IMG/VR virus record: IMGVR_UViG_3300032247_001802
Span: 7,999-71,998 of that record
Origin: a virus
Taxonomy: Duplodnaviria > Caudoviricetes
Length of the DNA stretch: 64,000 nucleotides
Direction: 5' to 3' (one strand)
Below, in pieces: positions 10,301 through 18,723 of the stretch. Position 1 is the first letter of the stretch, and the number at the start of each line of letters is the position of its first letter. Under the pieces are notes generated by a model. The model was not told the DNA's origin and searched no databases. It worked only from the letters and a program-made list of their open reading frames with translations. The position numbers were made by a program, and so were the translations under genes.

Positions 10301-10653
10301 TGAGAAAAGAAGCGGTTAATATGTATGGTAAAAAATTCTTTGATGATCTTAATTCTGGAAGAGCAAGAAAATTTGCAGAAGGTGGATCAGTTGGTAACGA
10401 TAATACAGGAAACTCAAGCAATTATTCTCCAACTAATAATATCAATGTAACAGTTAACTTAAATCAAGAAAAAATAGTATCAGAAAATAAAGATGAAAAT
10501 TCATCTGTAAATACAAATGAAGATAGAAAATTAGAAAATGAAAGAACAAAACAATTAGCGAAAAAAGTTAGAGATCAGGTTCTTCAAGTAATCACCGAAC
10601 AGCAAAGACCAGGCGGATTATTAGGTTCTAATATGTATAGCAAAAGATCATAA
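4345..10653 (+). CDS. Tail tape measure protein (TP901-like N-terminal domain)
   Basis: 2102 aa; N-terminal A/T/L-rich TP901-type region (TELSRQG, LANVDAAFAV, VIGNSLKTIFTRI), G/A-rich hydrophobic segments, C-terminal D(V/I)PA(M/L)LxGGE(Y/F)V repeats. Confidence 0.92.
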   Translation: MARTSATISVGADTRQLERDIQSALSRDFKFKGFNEKAFTQPLGRITGAANEFQKSLDASNARVIAFGASAGLIYTVEKAFTSLVKSTIDVQKSLTDINVILNVSTKTLDQFGNSLFDIAKNTGQTFDVVAQAATELSRQGLGLEETLKRTQDALILTRLSGLDTVSAVEALTATINSFNKAGLDSTVIINKLANVDAAFAVSSGDLAEAIKRVGSSASDAGVDFDQLLAIVTSVQQTTARGGAVIGNSLKTIFTRIQRTDTLDQLEQIGIKVRDLEGNTLPAIQVLSNLSNTFNQLGDSQRAQVAETVGGVFQINILRAALADLGKEYSVYDRALQTASNSTDQAIQRNEALNQTLSSLINQTFQNLTRISSDIGKISLGPTFKGTLELLNKGLESLSTDSESVGGKIGKGILEGIGTFISGPGVILLTAVFGKLLLNLGKFASQSLQTLLNINSQAEQRIQIQAKINEVLAQEPGLVAAIYSKQISVLELENRILDVIKLQTLERERAATISTAIAGNLATRGVTSKGGSLKAKSAGFIPNFSAAEIYGALAGGYMPGNIRKMNIPGQGNITYNSAETVKNFPGMTQPAIMPPQGSKAGKNYQKQFSSAHGFNPYMSKGFIPNFAEGRADAVRLAAQRPGGLKRIPGTQKFKYGVDSAGNDLTISESEKNDILSRSPKGQRAARAAGIKPVDASNIASVLLPFVGSKRILPGPYSPKGKSDKFAIKNVPVYGINSKKVEGDTSDDKARLGTNITNSIIDDVYNFIDTLKPLGQTVSKADLSLRFQRSGEKGAYGAVRGAVGSAFEVGIKTALGYTAQETPKDFGDFDVRGGRNLIHLQKLFGFTTPLADFKSGLSEGNLQSFANKVYREEGALLGAGKFSTAKGKKAFGGFVPNFTALDNAIGREVAAGTSTSRIRIGKDARLTSSANPLGLGVYNTKDEPRGLGQGIQRYGSKAKTAGAAAGFIPNFAGLSYNPGGLGALDPTVANREVGAAFGKTLAQLKKQEITLQQANMNLQKLSADYGLTANSQNRFNQILQSRATKYAESAKNAALALDKSKTTFETISKYGLALSIALPIATQTVSQFNEKNKKAQVALDAFGTFLSITAAGSLLGAPGAIVAGGIGAGIATAQVFKGLKDIKLAGLEQDLQVVVDRYNDTSTSLTKVLPLLEKYKEIQSSSLPDIQKTEALADIQNQLTENLSKAGPAIVEGVTQALAKQDWTQAAYNINKGVTQAGAEATNEGITTLFKKLQVEGEVAKGNKVLASGIAKGVTGLVTSSGRNIIQEFASKPENLPILENTSKDLYRLLTARGKLEKGQSLNRTKIQELSYNLSAENPELQRQVAKDIEETDILLKTNLQNILKTIQPLYQATEETRAKFEELSMRASGVGAGTEEADIIIKDIKQYIDSTRKTAKKIDYALKTDGIKDVATYIAAFKSGKLNAKDAQKYYKEFIFANQDPMDVLAKNQDALNMSVQTTFLTRSSQDKVIEQLTVEEDKLRQKLTNRQITEDQYNKALEGLKDKIILEQRKRGTIFAEDFRSGRQQTREANALANETKLSDFAGAFFDEFDNSAADSFRQAQLGAKDTANTIKSEFNNAFLSFANGTATASDAFTKMALNISDKIQQLAIEFSTNQVFGALFGTTSNVFGKVGGGGGGIGDFFSSLFKSKGGIIKGYSTGGHVLGGSGNKDDVPAMLSGGEYVIRKNAVKKYGPEYLQMLNEGKVGKHFDGGAFGQMSGGVTGTLTIANLGPQHDPTSSSYIGPRSFFAAPLVAGMNRRENNYFKYGGRVQRFAAGGETSYLGTNVYRYNDPLYPTAGQELFSSNLSGRAVTDPNNPQNRIRQDREKALYDYLNYVEGVRLENERALQENIALNKKIQDEYNQQKSAKSRGAWMSFGFGLLGAGASQFSSMGGFGGLGGAGEKASNQVGLRSPYVSPSLGTSPAPNPSARLKVGKAMGGYIRGFANGGSSGKDDIPALLMGGEFVMRKEAVNMYGKKFFDDLNSGRARKFAEGGSVGNDNTGNSSNYSPTNNINVTVNLNQEKIVSENKDENSSVNTNEDRKLENERTKQLAKKVRDQVLQVITEQQRPGGLLGSNMYSKRS

Positions 10654-12063
10654 TATTAATTTTGCAGAAAAATTAATTAAGTCTTTATCTGATATAATTT
10701 GCGATTTATTTATAGAAGGATTTTCGTTTAAATATTCATTTAAACTTTGTAATTCATAAGAATATTTGAATAATAAAGTAATATAGTCTTTTCCATCGAT
10801 ATTTGTCTTGTATTTTTCACTATATTTAAGGTTATTACTGGTTTCTATATAGAACTTCTCATTGTTATAAAAAGTGGTTATATATTCAATATAAATATTG
10901 CAAGTATCGGCATTTTCTTCGATTTCAATGATTTTAGCTTGAAGTATACCTTGGTTTTGAAGATAATCTACATCAATTGCTACGTCTTCATAAGAAGTTA
11001 AATCTTTACCATAAAAGCCCAAATATCCTTTTTGTAAGTTATAATTATTATCAAGCACATCATCTGTATTTAAATCATTTGACAAGCATATAGTTTTATT
11101 AGTTTGATCTTTATTTAAAAGTGGGAAATAACGATTAAATATCATGTCATTAATTGATAAATCTGAAATTAAGCTATTTGAATTTAAGCTTTGATTATTG
11201 AATAGATATAAATAGTTTTGATAAAATATTACAGTTTCATTGTTTATTGCTTGTTTGTATATTTTACCAATATTAAATGTTTGATTGGCGAAATATTCTT
11301 GATATAAATTATTAATGTCTTGTTGAGATTCTTTTTGTTTTAAGAAATTATATAATTCAGATTGAAAATAATTAAGTGGAATAATTTTAATATTTAAATT
11401 TTCTGAAATTTCTACTACATCGGTTTCAATAAATGGGACAGTAAGTAAAGTCGTAGATTCATTTACATCTAACCATTTTTCTTTTATATTTTCTACAAAT
11501 AAATTATTTAATTGTTTGTTTTTTAAAATTTTATTAGAAACTTCGCTTAAAATTAAAAAAGAATGAATATTTTTTTCATTAAAATAATCTTTATTAATTA
11601 ATAATTTTACGCTAACATAATCGCTGCTTCTATAAATTTTATTAAATAAAGTATTTTTATTTAAATCTTCAATTTCTTCATATTCAACATTTATATTAAA
11701 ATCACCTTTTCCATCATTGTTAAAATCTATGGAGAAAAATACTTCTTTAAAAAATCCTAATTTATTATTTAATTCTTTAAATTTATTGTAATTATTTTCA
11801 AAATTATATTTAAAATTACTTTTAACTCTATTTTTTGATAAATTAATTGAATATTTAACTTTTGGAGTTCTATGTATTGTTTGGGATTTTATTTCTAAAA
11901 TTGGTTCATTATTTTTTATGTTAAAATATTTTTCTATTAAATTATTATTTTTATCTTTTACGCATACATTATACGAAGGAAATTCTTTAGAGATTTCTAA
12001 ATAGTTAGGAATATCTCTTAATGTATCCCATTCTAACGTTAAATTTAATTTATTAATTTTCAT
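10648..12063 (-). CDS. Hypothetical N/K/I-rich protein, last gene of the tail-tip cassette
   Basis: 471-aa ORF starting 2 nt after the gpJ-like stop; its end overlaps the tape measure stop convergently. Confidence 0.6.
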   Translation of the reverse strand: MKINKLNLTLEWDTLRDIPNYLEISKEFPSYNVCVKDKNNNLIEKYFNIKNNEPILEIKSQTIHRTPKVKYSINLSKNRVKSNFKYNFENNYNKFKELNNKLGFFKEVFFSIDFNNDGKGDFNINVEYEEIEDLNKNTLFNKIYRSSDYVSVKLLINKDYFNEKNIHSFLILSEVSNKILKNKQLNNLFVENIKEKWLDVNESTTLLTVPFIETDVVEISENLNIKIIPLNYFQSELYNFLKQKESQQDINNLYQEYFANQTFNIGKIYKQAINNETVIFYQNYLYLFNNQSLNSNSLISDLSINDMIFNRYFPLLNKDQTNKTICLSNDLNTDDVLDNNYNLQKGYLGFYGKDLTSYEDVAIDVDYLQNQGILQAKIIEIEENADTCNIYIEYITTFYNNEKFYIETSNNLKYSEKYKTNIDGKDYITLLFKYSYELQSLNEYLNENPSINKSQIISDKDLINFSAKLIL

Positions 12064-12065
12064 AA

Positions 12066-15000
12066 TTAGTATACATTGATTCCCGATGCAACTACAGTGA
12101 ATGAAGAAACTTGATTTAAAAGAGTATAAACGCCAGTCGCAGGACTAGACCTTTCTCCTATACTATTTTCTTCAAAAACTCTAAAATAATAACTACCAGT
12201 ATAAATTGGAGTAAAAAATGGCGGAAATACTGGTTTATAAATTGATTGTCCTTCATCATACCAATAAGTTATGCCAGTTCGCAAACCATTTAAAGAAAAA
12301 GTATTTAAAAGAGTAGATTGTGGAGTAGTTGTTCCAAAATTAACTCCAGAATTAACATATACATAATATAAACTATTGGAAGAAGGCGAAGTTAAGGTGG
12401 ATGGAATTATACTATAAATTATACTATTAATTCCACTTTGATTAGATGTATAGTGTCCTTTTGTGAAATCAGATGGATCTTTAAGGAAATTTCCACTAGA
12501 GTTTCTAAATAAGCCACTTAAATTTAATCTTGGAGTATTTGGTGCTGGAGGTCTATTGGGTACATTTATTAATGTAGCGACATTATCTATATCTTTAAAT
12601 TTATTTTCATTGTATTCTAGTGCATTTACATAAAAAATTGATGGTTCAGTTTCTGTAATATTTAATACTCTATATTTTTTAGGTTTATTCAAATAAGATT
12701 CAAGATAATATCCTGGATAAGCAGTATTTGTTGGATTGTTCATTTGAGATCTAGTATTAATTCCTGCAGTTGCATAACCAGTAGTACTTATATCTATGTT
12801 CCAAACTGTATTTTGTGGTAAATTATAGCCAGAATTATATAAAGTACTTGGAAAATTAATTCTTATATTATTAGCGTATATTCCAGATCCACTTGTTAAC
12901 CAATTTTGTGGATTATTTATTGTAATTGATTGTAATTGGCTTTTTCTAAAAAATGAACTATTTAATCCAGAAATTCCAGAAGAAGTTACCCCAGCGTTAC
13001 CTGTGGCATATGAGTCGCCAAGTTGAGTACCGAAATTTAAATTATAAGTTGGAGTTAATACATTGAATGTAAATGAATTTTGTCGATTAACTCCTGTAAT
13101 CGCATCTGTATTTGTGAAATTATATGGAAGATCTAACACTGCGTATCCAGTAGTTAATTCGACAGTTCTTCCTGCATAAGCTGTATTTTTTCTATATTGA
13201 TCATATATAGAAATAACATCTCCTGGTCTTAAATAATTACCTTCCAGACCTAATTTAAAATCTACAAGTTCTGTTTCATTATTTTGAGTTGTAAGAAGCC
13301 ATTTACCAACTCTTCTTGCTTGATTTTTACTTGTACAGCCGAATGCTACTATTTCTGTTTCTCTTATGCCAAATTTTAAAATTGAAGATTTATCTTCTAC
13401 ATATTCAATTCCAGGTTTATAATTATCTGTTTCGTCATTAAATCTAACTAAGGCTACAGTCTTTCTAGATTTTTTAGAAGCATCAGAATAATTAAATGAA
13501 CCATCTATTATATTACTATTATTAAAAAGATATATTGGATCTTTTGGAGAATCTTGAGTTAAAGTTATTTGTCCAGCCGAATAGTAAGTAATTGCTAAAA
13601 ATATACTAGCCATATCATTTAATACTTTATAAGCTTCTTCTTTTGTAGAAATATAAACATTGCATCTAAATCTTGGTTCTAAACCTCCAACTCCATCGGT
13701 AACTAATTGATCGCAATATTGAGCGATTTCATACAAGTTCCATTTATCTGCTAAATCTGCGTTTATATATTTACCTAAACCAAATCTATTGTTTGTTATT
13801 AAATCATAAAAACACCAAGCAGGATTATCTGTCCACGCAATTTTAAATTTTCCATTCCAAGGACCAGTATAAGTTTTAGCTATAGGATCATAATTAACTG
13901 GAATTTTAACTTTTAAAAGGTTCATCAAATAAGATCTTGTGGGCACTTCATTAAAATACCTTGCATCAAAATTTGAAAATACTAAAGCTGCATCTGGATA
14001 TACAAATCTATCAGAATAAACTTCAGTTATACTATGAACTTCAGTAGAACTACTTAATGAAGAGGTAGTGAACTCTCTGGATATTTTTGTAATATCTACT
14101 GCCCATCCTATTTGATTTGGAAATAAATTAAAAAATGGTTTATTTTCTGCAAAAGGCCTAAAAGCAATCTCATAAGTCCAAATAACTGGAGAATTAGCTA
14201 TTTTGCCTTCCATAGTTATAACATCACTTGACCAAAATCCAGGTAAAAATGGTGAATATTTTGAAGTATCTAAAAGAACAAGATTTCCATTATTTAATAT
14301 TCTATAAATTTGAAATCTTAATTGCAAAAATTGACGTTCTACATCTCCAGCATTTGAACCACTTACAATCTGTTCGTAAAGTGAATTAATTTTAATATTT
14401 ATTTTTAATGATGAAATTTCTGTATTATATACATAATAAGTTTTTGGAGTAGTAATTTGATTATTTCCACTTATAACATAATAACCATACAAAGTTTCAC
14501 CAATAGAAGTTGTAGTAGAAGTTTGTATTGGGTATTTATTTTTATCAACCTGTTTACCGAAATAATCTCTTCTATCTTCATAAAGATTCAAATATGGATT
14601 ATAAACTGTATGATCATTAGTTTTTTCTCCATATGTAAATCTATAATTTGCAGATTGAAAATTATAATAACCATGAAGATCTGAAATGGGAACATCATTC
14701 CAATATATTGATCTTGACTCTGGATTACTAAAAGTTGAACTAAATGGTTGGAATGTAACACTATTAAATCCAATACTTCCAGTAGTTTTTCCATCTAAAT
14801 TTGGAATATAAATTCCAGTAACAAAACCTTCAATTGGTCCTTCGCAAATTAAATCTAATATATTAATTTGAGAAATTGAATTAAATGCTGATTGATTTTT
14901 AATACTTCCATATGACGCTTCTGTTGCTGGATTACCATTAACTTTATAAATAGTCCTTAAATCGGGAGTATTAGGATCAACATCTTTATATACGATATAA

Positions 15001-15287
15001 TCTGTAAGAAAATTATTTGCTCGCCAATCATAATAATCAGAACCATTTAAGTTTGCTAATGGAGTATAATTTGATAAAAATCCACTTGGACCATACCCCC
15101 AAGCACTAACATTGCTGTTAGAATATGGTATTTGCGAACCACTAAAAGATAAAGATATCGAACCAGCTCCTCCGCCATCATCTTGTGCAGTACTTTCTGG
15201 AAAATTATAAGAAGCAAATCCATATCCTAACATTCCAGGAAATAAAAGATAAGCTAAACCATCTGCGTATTTATTTGAATTTCCCAT
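12066..15287 (-). CDS. Tail tip attachment / central fibre protein (lambda gpJ-like)
   Basis: LDLICEGPIEG, W(T)DNPAWCFYDLITNNRFGLG, EPRFRCN, FGCTSKNQARRVGKWLL and PGDVI motifs typical of gpJ. Confidence 0.88.
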   Translation of the reverse strand: MGNSNKYADGLAYLLFPGMLGYGFASYNFPESTAQDDGGGAGSISLSFSGSQIPYSNSNVSAWGYGPSGFLSNYTPLANLNGSDYYDWRANNFLTDYIVYKDVDPNTPDLRTIYKVNGNPATEASYGSIKNQSAFNSISQINILDLICEGPIEGFVTGIYIPNLDGKTTGSIGFNSVTFQPFSSTFSNPESRSIYWNDVPISDLHGYYNFQSANYRFTYGEKTNDHTVYNPYLNLYEDRRDYFGKQVDKNKYPIQTSTTTSIGETLYGYYVISGNNQITTPKTYYVYNTEISSLKINIKINSLYEQIVSGSNAGDVERQFLQLRFQIYRILNNGNLVLLDTSKYSPFLPGFWSSDVITMEGKIANSPVIWTYEIAFRPFAENKPFFNLFPNQIGWAVDITKISREFTTSSLSSSTEVHSITEVYSDRFVYPDAALVFSNFDARYFNEVPTRSYLMNLLKVKIPVNYDPIAKTYTGPWNGKFKIAWTDNPAWCFYDLITNNRFGLGKYINADLADKWNLYEIAQYCDQLVTDGVGGLEPRFRCNVYISTKEEAYKVLNDMASIFLAITYYSAGQITLTQDSPKDPIYLFNNSNIIDGSFNYSDASKKSRKTVALVRFNDETDNYKPGIEYVEDKSSILKFGIRETEIVAFGCTSKNQARRVGKWLLTTQNNETELVDFKLGLEGNYLRPGDVISIYDQYRKNTAYAGRTVELTTGYAVLDLPYNFTNTDAITGVNRQNSFTFNVLTPTYNLNFGTQLGDSYATGNAGVTSSGISGLNSSFFRKSQLQSITINNPQNWLTSGSGIYANNIRINFPSTLYNSGYNLPQNTVWNIDISTTGYATAGINTRSQMNNPTNTAYPGYYLESYLNKPKKYRVLNITETEPSIFYVNALEYNENKFKDIDNVATLINVPNRPPAPNTPRLNLSGLFRNSSGNFLKDPSDFTKGHYTSNQSGINSIIYSIIPSTLTSPSSNSLYYVYVNSGVNFGTTTPQSTLLNTFSLNGLRTGITYWYDEGQSIYKPVFPPFFTPIYTGSYYFRVFEENSIGERSSPATGVYTLLNQVSSFTVVASGINVY

Positions 15288-15291
15288 AAAA

Positions 15292-16062
15292 TTAAAAAGG
15301 TAAAGTATTCAAAGGGGTTTGGGTAATTAAATAACACTTAGAATTAAAAGTGTATTGATTACCTTGGATTTCATTTACTACTTGATTTGTTGTAGTTGAT
15401 ACGCTAGCGTTATATGCTCTATATATAATATCATAATTTGCGTATACATTATTTCCTCCTATAAGGAGTCTGCCATACCCAACTGGAACTGGTCCGCCTT
15501 CTCCAACTGTATTTACTGGACCATTAAAAAGATAAGAAGTTGGACCACCGCTTTCACCTTCTCCGCCAATTGGGTTAACTTGTTGCGCTGTAAATGGAAT
15601 ATTTGGTGGAGGTTTAGATAATAATTCGCTAGTTCCAGCTGCAATTAAACCTAAACCAGCTATACCAACTCCAACCGCAAGTGGTATTAATGGAGGAAAA
15701 AATACGCCAACTACAACTGCGGCAGCGAGACCCAAAGCTCCAGTCGCTATTTTTCCAACTGCACCTGATCCTATAATACAAGGAACAATATCTATTGTTT
15801 CAATTTTATCATCTAAATTAATAAATAATTCTGAATTTTTTATTTCTTCTATAGATTTAAAATTAGGTTTTTCAGAAAATAAATTACTTTTATCTACTAA
15901 TATTTCATATTCATATTCATTTGCATATTTTAATATCCATTTTCTAAATTTTCTTGTATTAGATTCAATCGCTCTAAAAGCTTCAGCAACGCTAGAAACT
16001 TCAAGATCCCAAGATTCCCCTATATCTTCTCCTAGTTTACCATGTAAATTAATTCTTATCAT
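15292..16062 (-). CDS. Tail assembly protein (lambda gpI-like)
   Basis: MIRINLHGKLG...SVAEAFRAI and SYLFNGPVN...GGPVPVGYGRLLIG; start moved to ATG 16062 (track ORF starts at 16179). Confidence 0.8.
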   Translation of the reverse strand: MIRINLHGKLGEDIGESWDLEVSSVAEAFRAIESNTRKFRKWILKYANEYEYEILVDKSNLFSEKPNFKSIEEIKNSELFINLDDKIETIDIVPCIIGSGAVGKIATGALGLAAAVVVGVFFPPLIPLAVGVGIAGLGLIAAGTSELLSKPPPNIPFTAQQVNPIGGEGESGGPTSYLFNGPVNTVGEGGPVPVGYGRLLIGGNNVYANYDIIYRAYNASVSTTTNQVVNEIQGNQYTFNSKCYLITQTPLNTLPF

Positions 16063-16762
16063 ATTTTGCCCTAAATAATAGTTTTGTGTGTCTTTTATAA
16101 AAATTACAATAATTTTCAATCTTTGAGAAAGTATTGATTGGCTGATGTAGTATTTTATTATCTCCCAAATAAATTGCACAATGACTTGAATCTTTTATAC
16201 CATCAATAAGTAATATATCATAATTGCGAATTTGTTTAATATCATCAATTAATATAAGATTTTTATTAATATAATTTTCAAGAAATAATTTTTTAACATT
16301 AATCTTATCTAAATCTTCATATTCTATAGATAAATCAATATTCATTTGTTTATAATAAAAATCTCTTATTAAAGTAAAGCAATCGTATTTTTTATATTCA
16401 TAAAATCTTCCAATTAAATCGTCTTGAATTCTAACTGGATTATGGATTTTAAATATATTTTTCTTTATATTATATAATATAATTGGTAAATTTAAATTTT
16501 CAGAACAAACTTTATCTGTTTCAGAAAAATCGCAATTTTCATTTGTATGACTATGATATATATAATATATTTTATTATAAATTTTTTTAATTTTTAAAAA
16601 ATCAATAGAAGAAATTTTAAAAAATTGCTCTGGGTCTTTAGAGGTATTTTTGCATGGAATACAAATAAAATTATCTTTAAAAACTATAAATCCACAGGTT
16701 TCTTTTGGAGAATCTTGAATAGATTGTTTTATAATAAAATTTTTTATTTTTTTGTCAATCAT
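16049..16762 (-). CDS. Tail tip assembly protein (lambda gpK-like; JAB plus NlpC/P60 domains)
   Basis: ETCG...HSH...SxxD JAB motif and YDCFTLIRDFY...HCAIYLG...ILH NlpC/P60 motif; start moved to ATG 16762, 1 nt after the gpL stop. Confidence 0.85.
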   Translation of the reverse strand: MIDKKIKNFIIKQSIQDSPKETCGFIVFKDNFICIPCKNTSKDPEQFFKISSIDFLKIKKIYNKIYYIYHSHTNENCDFSETDKVCSENLNLPIILYNIKKNIFKIHNPVRIQDDLIGRFYEYKKYDCFTLIRDFYYKQMNIDLSIEYEDLDKINVKKLFLENYINKNLILIDDIKQIRNYDILLIDGIKDSSHCAIYLGDNKILHQPINTFSKIENYCNFYKRHTKLLFRAKYDKN

Positions 16763-16763
16763 T

Positions 16764-18128
16764 TTAAATTTGAGGTTTATTTGTTCCAGGAAAACCTCCA
16801 AATGGTAAAAATCCATTTAAATAATTTCCACTTGCATCTTTAGGTATGCCATGAGATTGTTCTGAAATTGGATTTTCGCATCCAGGTCTTCTTGGGAAAT
16901 AAACTGGTTGACCATTAACTCCAGTTAACCAGCTTGTATTAATATTATCTGCTGGGTATTGCCAATAAATTCTACGTTCTGTAGTTTGAAAATTTTCTCC
17001 ATTTCTATTAATTGGCCAAATAACAGGTCTAAAGGCAGGATTTTTTAACCATCTTAGTCTACATGCAGTTATGCTTTTAGAACAAGAGTCTGCTGTCCAA
17101 TAATTTGTATTCGGCGGAGAATTAAAAACATCTGATTTATTATTATTTATGCAAACATAATAAAATTTTAATCCTCTGTTTTGAAAGTAAACAAAATCTC
17201 CAGAAACATAATTAGCATTTTCTATCCAAAGTCCAGAATTGCCAAAGGTACCAGTTAATCTAAATATAGCAGTATTCGTAGCTGTTCCAGCTACGCCAGT
17301 AGCAAAAATTCCTCCAACAAATAATTGATCATTATCATTAGCTACTGGTGGAGCAGTTTGCAGACCTTTTACAGTAATTGGAGAATTTTCTATATTGGCA
17401 TAAATTCCGCTATGTAAATATGTTAATCTACTGTTGTATTCATAACAACATCCTTCTCCTCTATATTGAAATGGACATTTTTTTGCTAAAATTGTTCTTC
17501 CTGGAAGCGTTAAATTTTCTACATCTAAAATTGTATTTAATTGATATTCTATTACGGATTGATTTTCTGTAGTTTTTCTATCTATATAATATATATCTCT
17601 AGGTAATTCTATTTCATAAATTCCAGTATTTGTTGCAAATATATTATATCCTTCAGAAAAATTTGCACCATCTAAATATTTTAAAAAAGTTTTAATTCTT
17701 GTAAATTTACCACCGACAATATCACCTAATGATTGCATTTGCATTCTAATATAAGAATAAAAAGAATTTACTGAGTAATCTGGAGATAAATTAGATATCG
17801 AAACTTTTGGAGTTGGTAATGTTCCAGCGGAACTATATTCAAATCCTTCAGCAAATATAGGGAATGGATAATAAAAATTATTTTGCCATTTGATTCTTCC
17901 ATATGAATCTGATGTTATTTTATATAAATTATAATCATTATAAACGCGTAGAAGTCCACGATTCATAGGTTGTTTTCCGTCATAGTCAAAATTTATTGTA
18001 GAAGGAGAAACTTCAGATAGATCTATTTCATAAAGTTGAACTAAAGAAGATGGAGTTAATGAACTTATTTCTGTATTAATATCTAAACTACCGCTTATTA
18101 CTGTATTAAAAGTTGAAGGTGTTAGCAT
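16764..18128 (-). CDS. Minor tail protein (lambda gpL-like)
   Basis: LYEID, PFPIFAEGFEYS..G.LPTPKVSISN, RIKTFLKYLD..NF, YYIDRK, LP.R....CPFQYRGEGC, C-terminal CSK...CRLR and LPFGGFPG. Confidence 0.88.
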   Translation of the reverse strand: MLTPSTFNTVISGSLDINTEISSLTPSSLVQLYEIDLSEVSPSTINFDYDGKQPMNRGLLRVYNDYNLYKITSDSYGRIKWQNNFYYPFPIFAEGFEYSSAGTLPTPKVSISNLSPDYSVNSFYSYIRMQMQSLGDIVGGKFTRIKTFLKYLDGANFSEGYNIFATNTGIYEIELPRDIYYIDRKTTENQSVIEYQLNTILDVENLTLPGRTILAKKCPFQYRGEGCCYEYNSRLTYLHSGIYANIENSPITVKGLQTAPPVANDNDQLFVGGIFATGVAGTATNTAIFRLTGTFGNSGLWIENANYVSGDFVYFQNRGLKFYYVCINNNKSDVFNSPPNTNYWTADSCSKSITACRLRWLKNPAFRPVIWPINRNGENFQTTERRIYWQYPADNINTSWLTGVNGQPVYFPRRPGCENPISEQSHGIPKDASGNYLNGFLPFGGFPGTNKPQI

Positions 18129-18129
18129 A

Positions 18130-18672
18130 TTATTTTGCTACTTCTAAAAATAAAGCATCAATAGAATAATTATTATAAGAAATAAAATTAGCAGACCATT
18201 CTGGACAAATAAACATAGTGTTTAAATTTAAATTTGATTTTGAGTAAATTGTAGGTAAATTATAAATAAAACTTTGTTTACCATTCATTTGTTGTAAGAA
18301 ATGTAAAATTGAAACAGTTTCTTTTTCGCTTCTATTTTCAAAATTTAATGTAAATTCTATTAGGCTTGTATTTAAACCATCAGTTATTCTTTGTTGATAA
18401 CCATTTCCAAATTGATTTATCTTTACTCTTGGTTTATTGTTTATTTTAGCATTATAAGATGCTTTCCACCAAAAATTAGGATATAATACACCATTTAAAA
18501 CAATATATCCATCCCACTCAATTTGAAGATTATTTGTATCGGTTGGATTTTGATTAATATTTAAATCTATACTTGAATAATAGTATCTGCCATCACTACC
18601 TAATACTATATTATACTTGTTATAAGTACTTCCAGAATCCCAAGTTGGAACTGTATCATAAATACTTGCCAT
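18130..18672 (-). CDS. Minor tail protein (lambda gpM-like) with N-terminal extension
   Basis: PRVKINQFGNGYQQRITDGLN...FxLxF...G..SF motif; AGGAGG SD upstream. Confidence 0.82.
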   Translation of the reverse strand: MASIYDTVPTWDSGSTYNKYNIVLGSDGRYYYSSIDLNINQNPTDTNNLQIEWDGYIVLNGVLYPNFWWKASYNAKINNKPRVKINQFGNGYQQRITDGLNTSLIEFTLNFENRSEKETVSILHFLQQMNGKQSFIYNLPTIYSKSNLNLNTMFICPEWSANFISYNNYSIDALFLEVAK

Positions 18673-18692
18673 ATACCTTTTACCTCCTATAT

Positions 18693-18699
18693 TTTACAC
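18693..18699 (-). promoter_or_regulatory. Putative late-promoter motif GTGTAAA driving the tail-tip cassette
   Basis: TTTACAC on the + strand, upstream of the gpM-like SD and ATG. Confidence 0.55.
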
Positions 18700-18708
18700 T
18701 TAAAAGTA

Positions 18709-18715
18709 GTGTAAT
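18709..18715 (+). promoter_or_regulatory. Putative late-promoter motif GTGTAAT
   Basis: 8 nt before ATG 18724; back-to-back with the minus-strand copy. Confidence 0.55.
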
Positions 18716-18723
18716 TATAGTTA

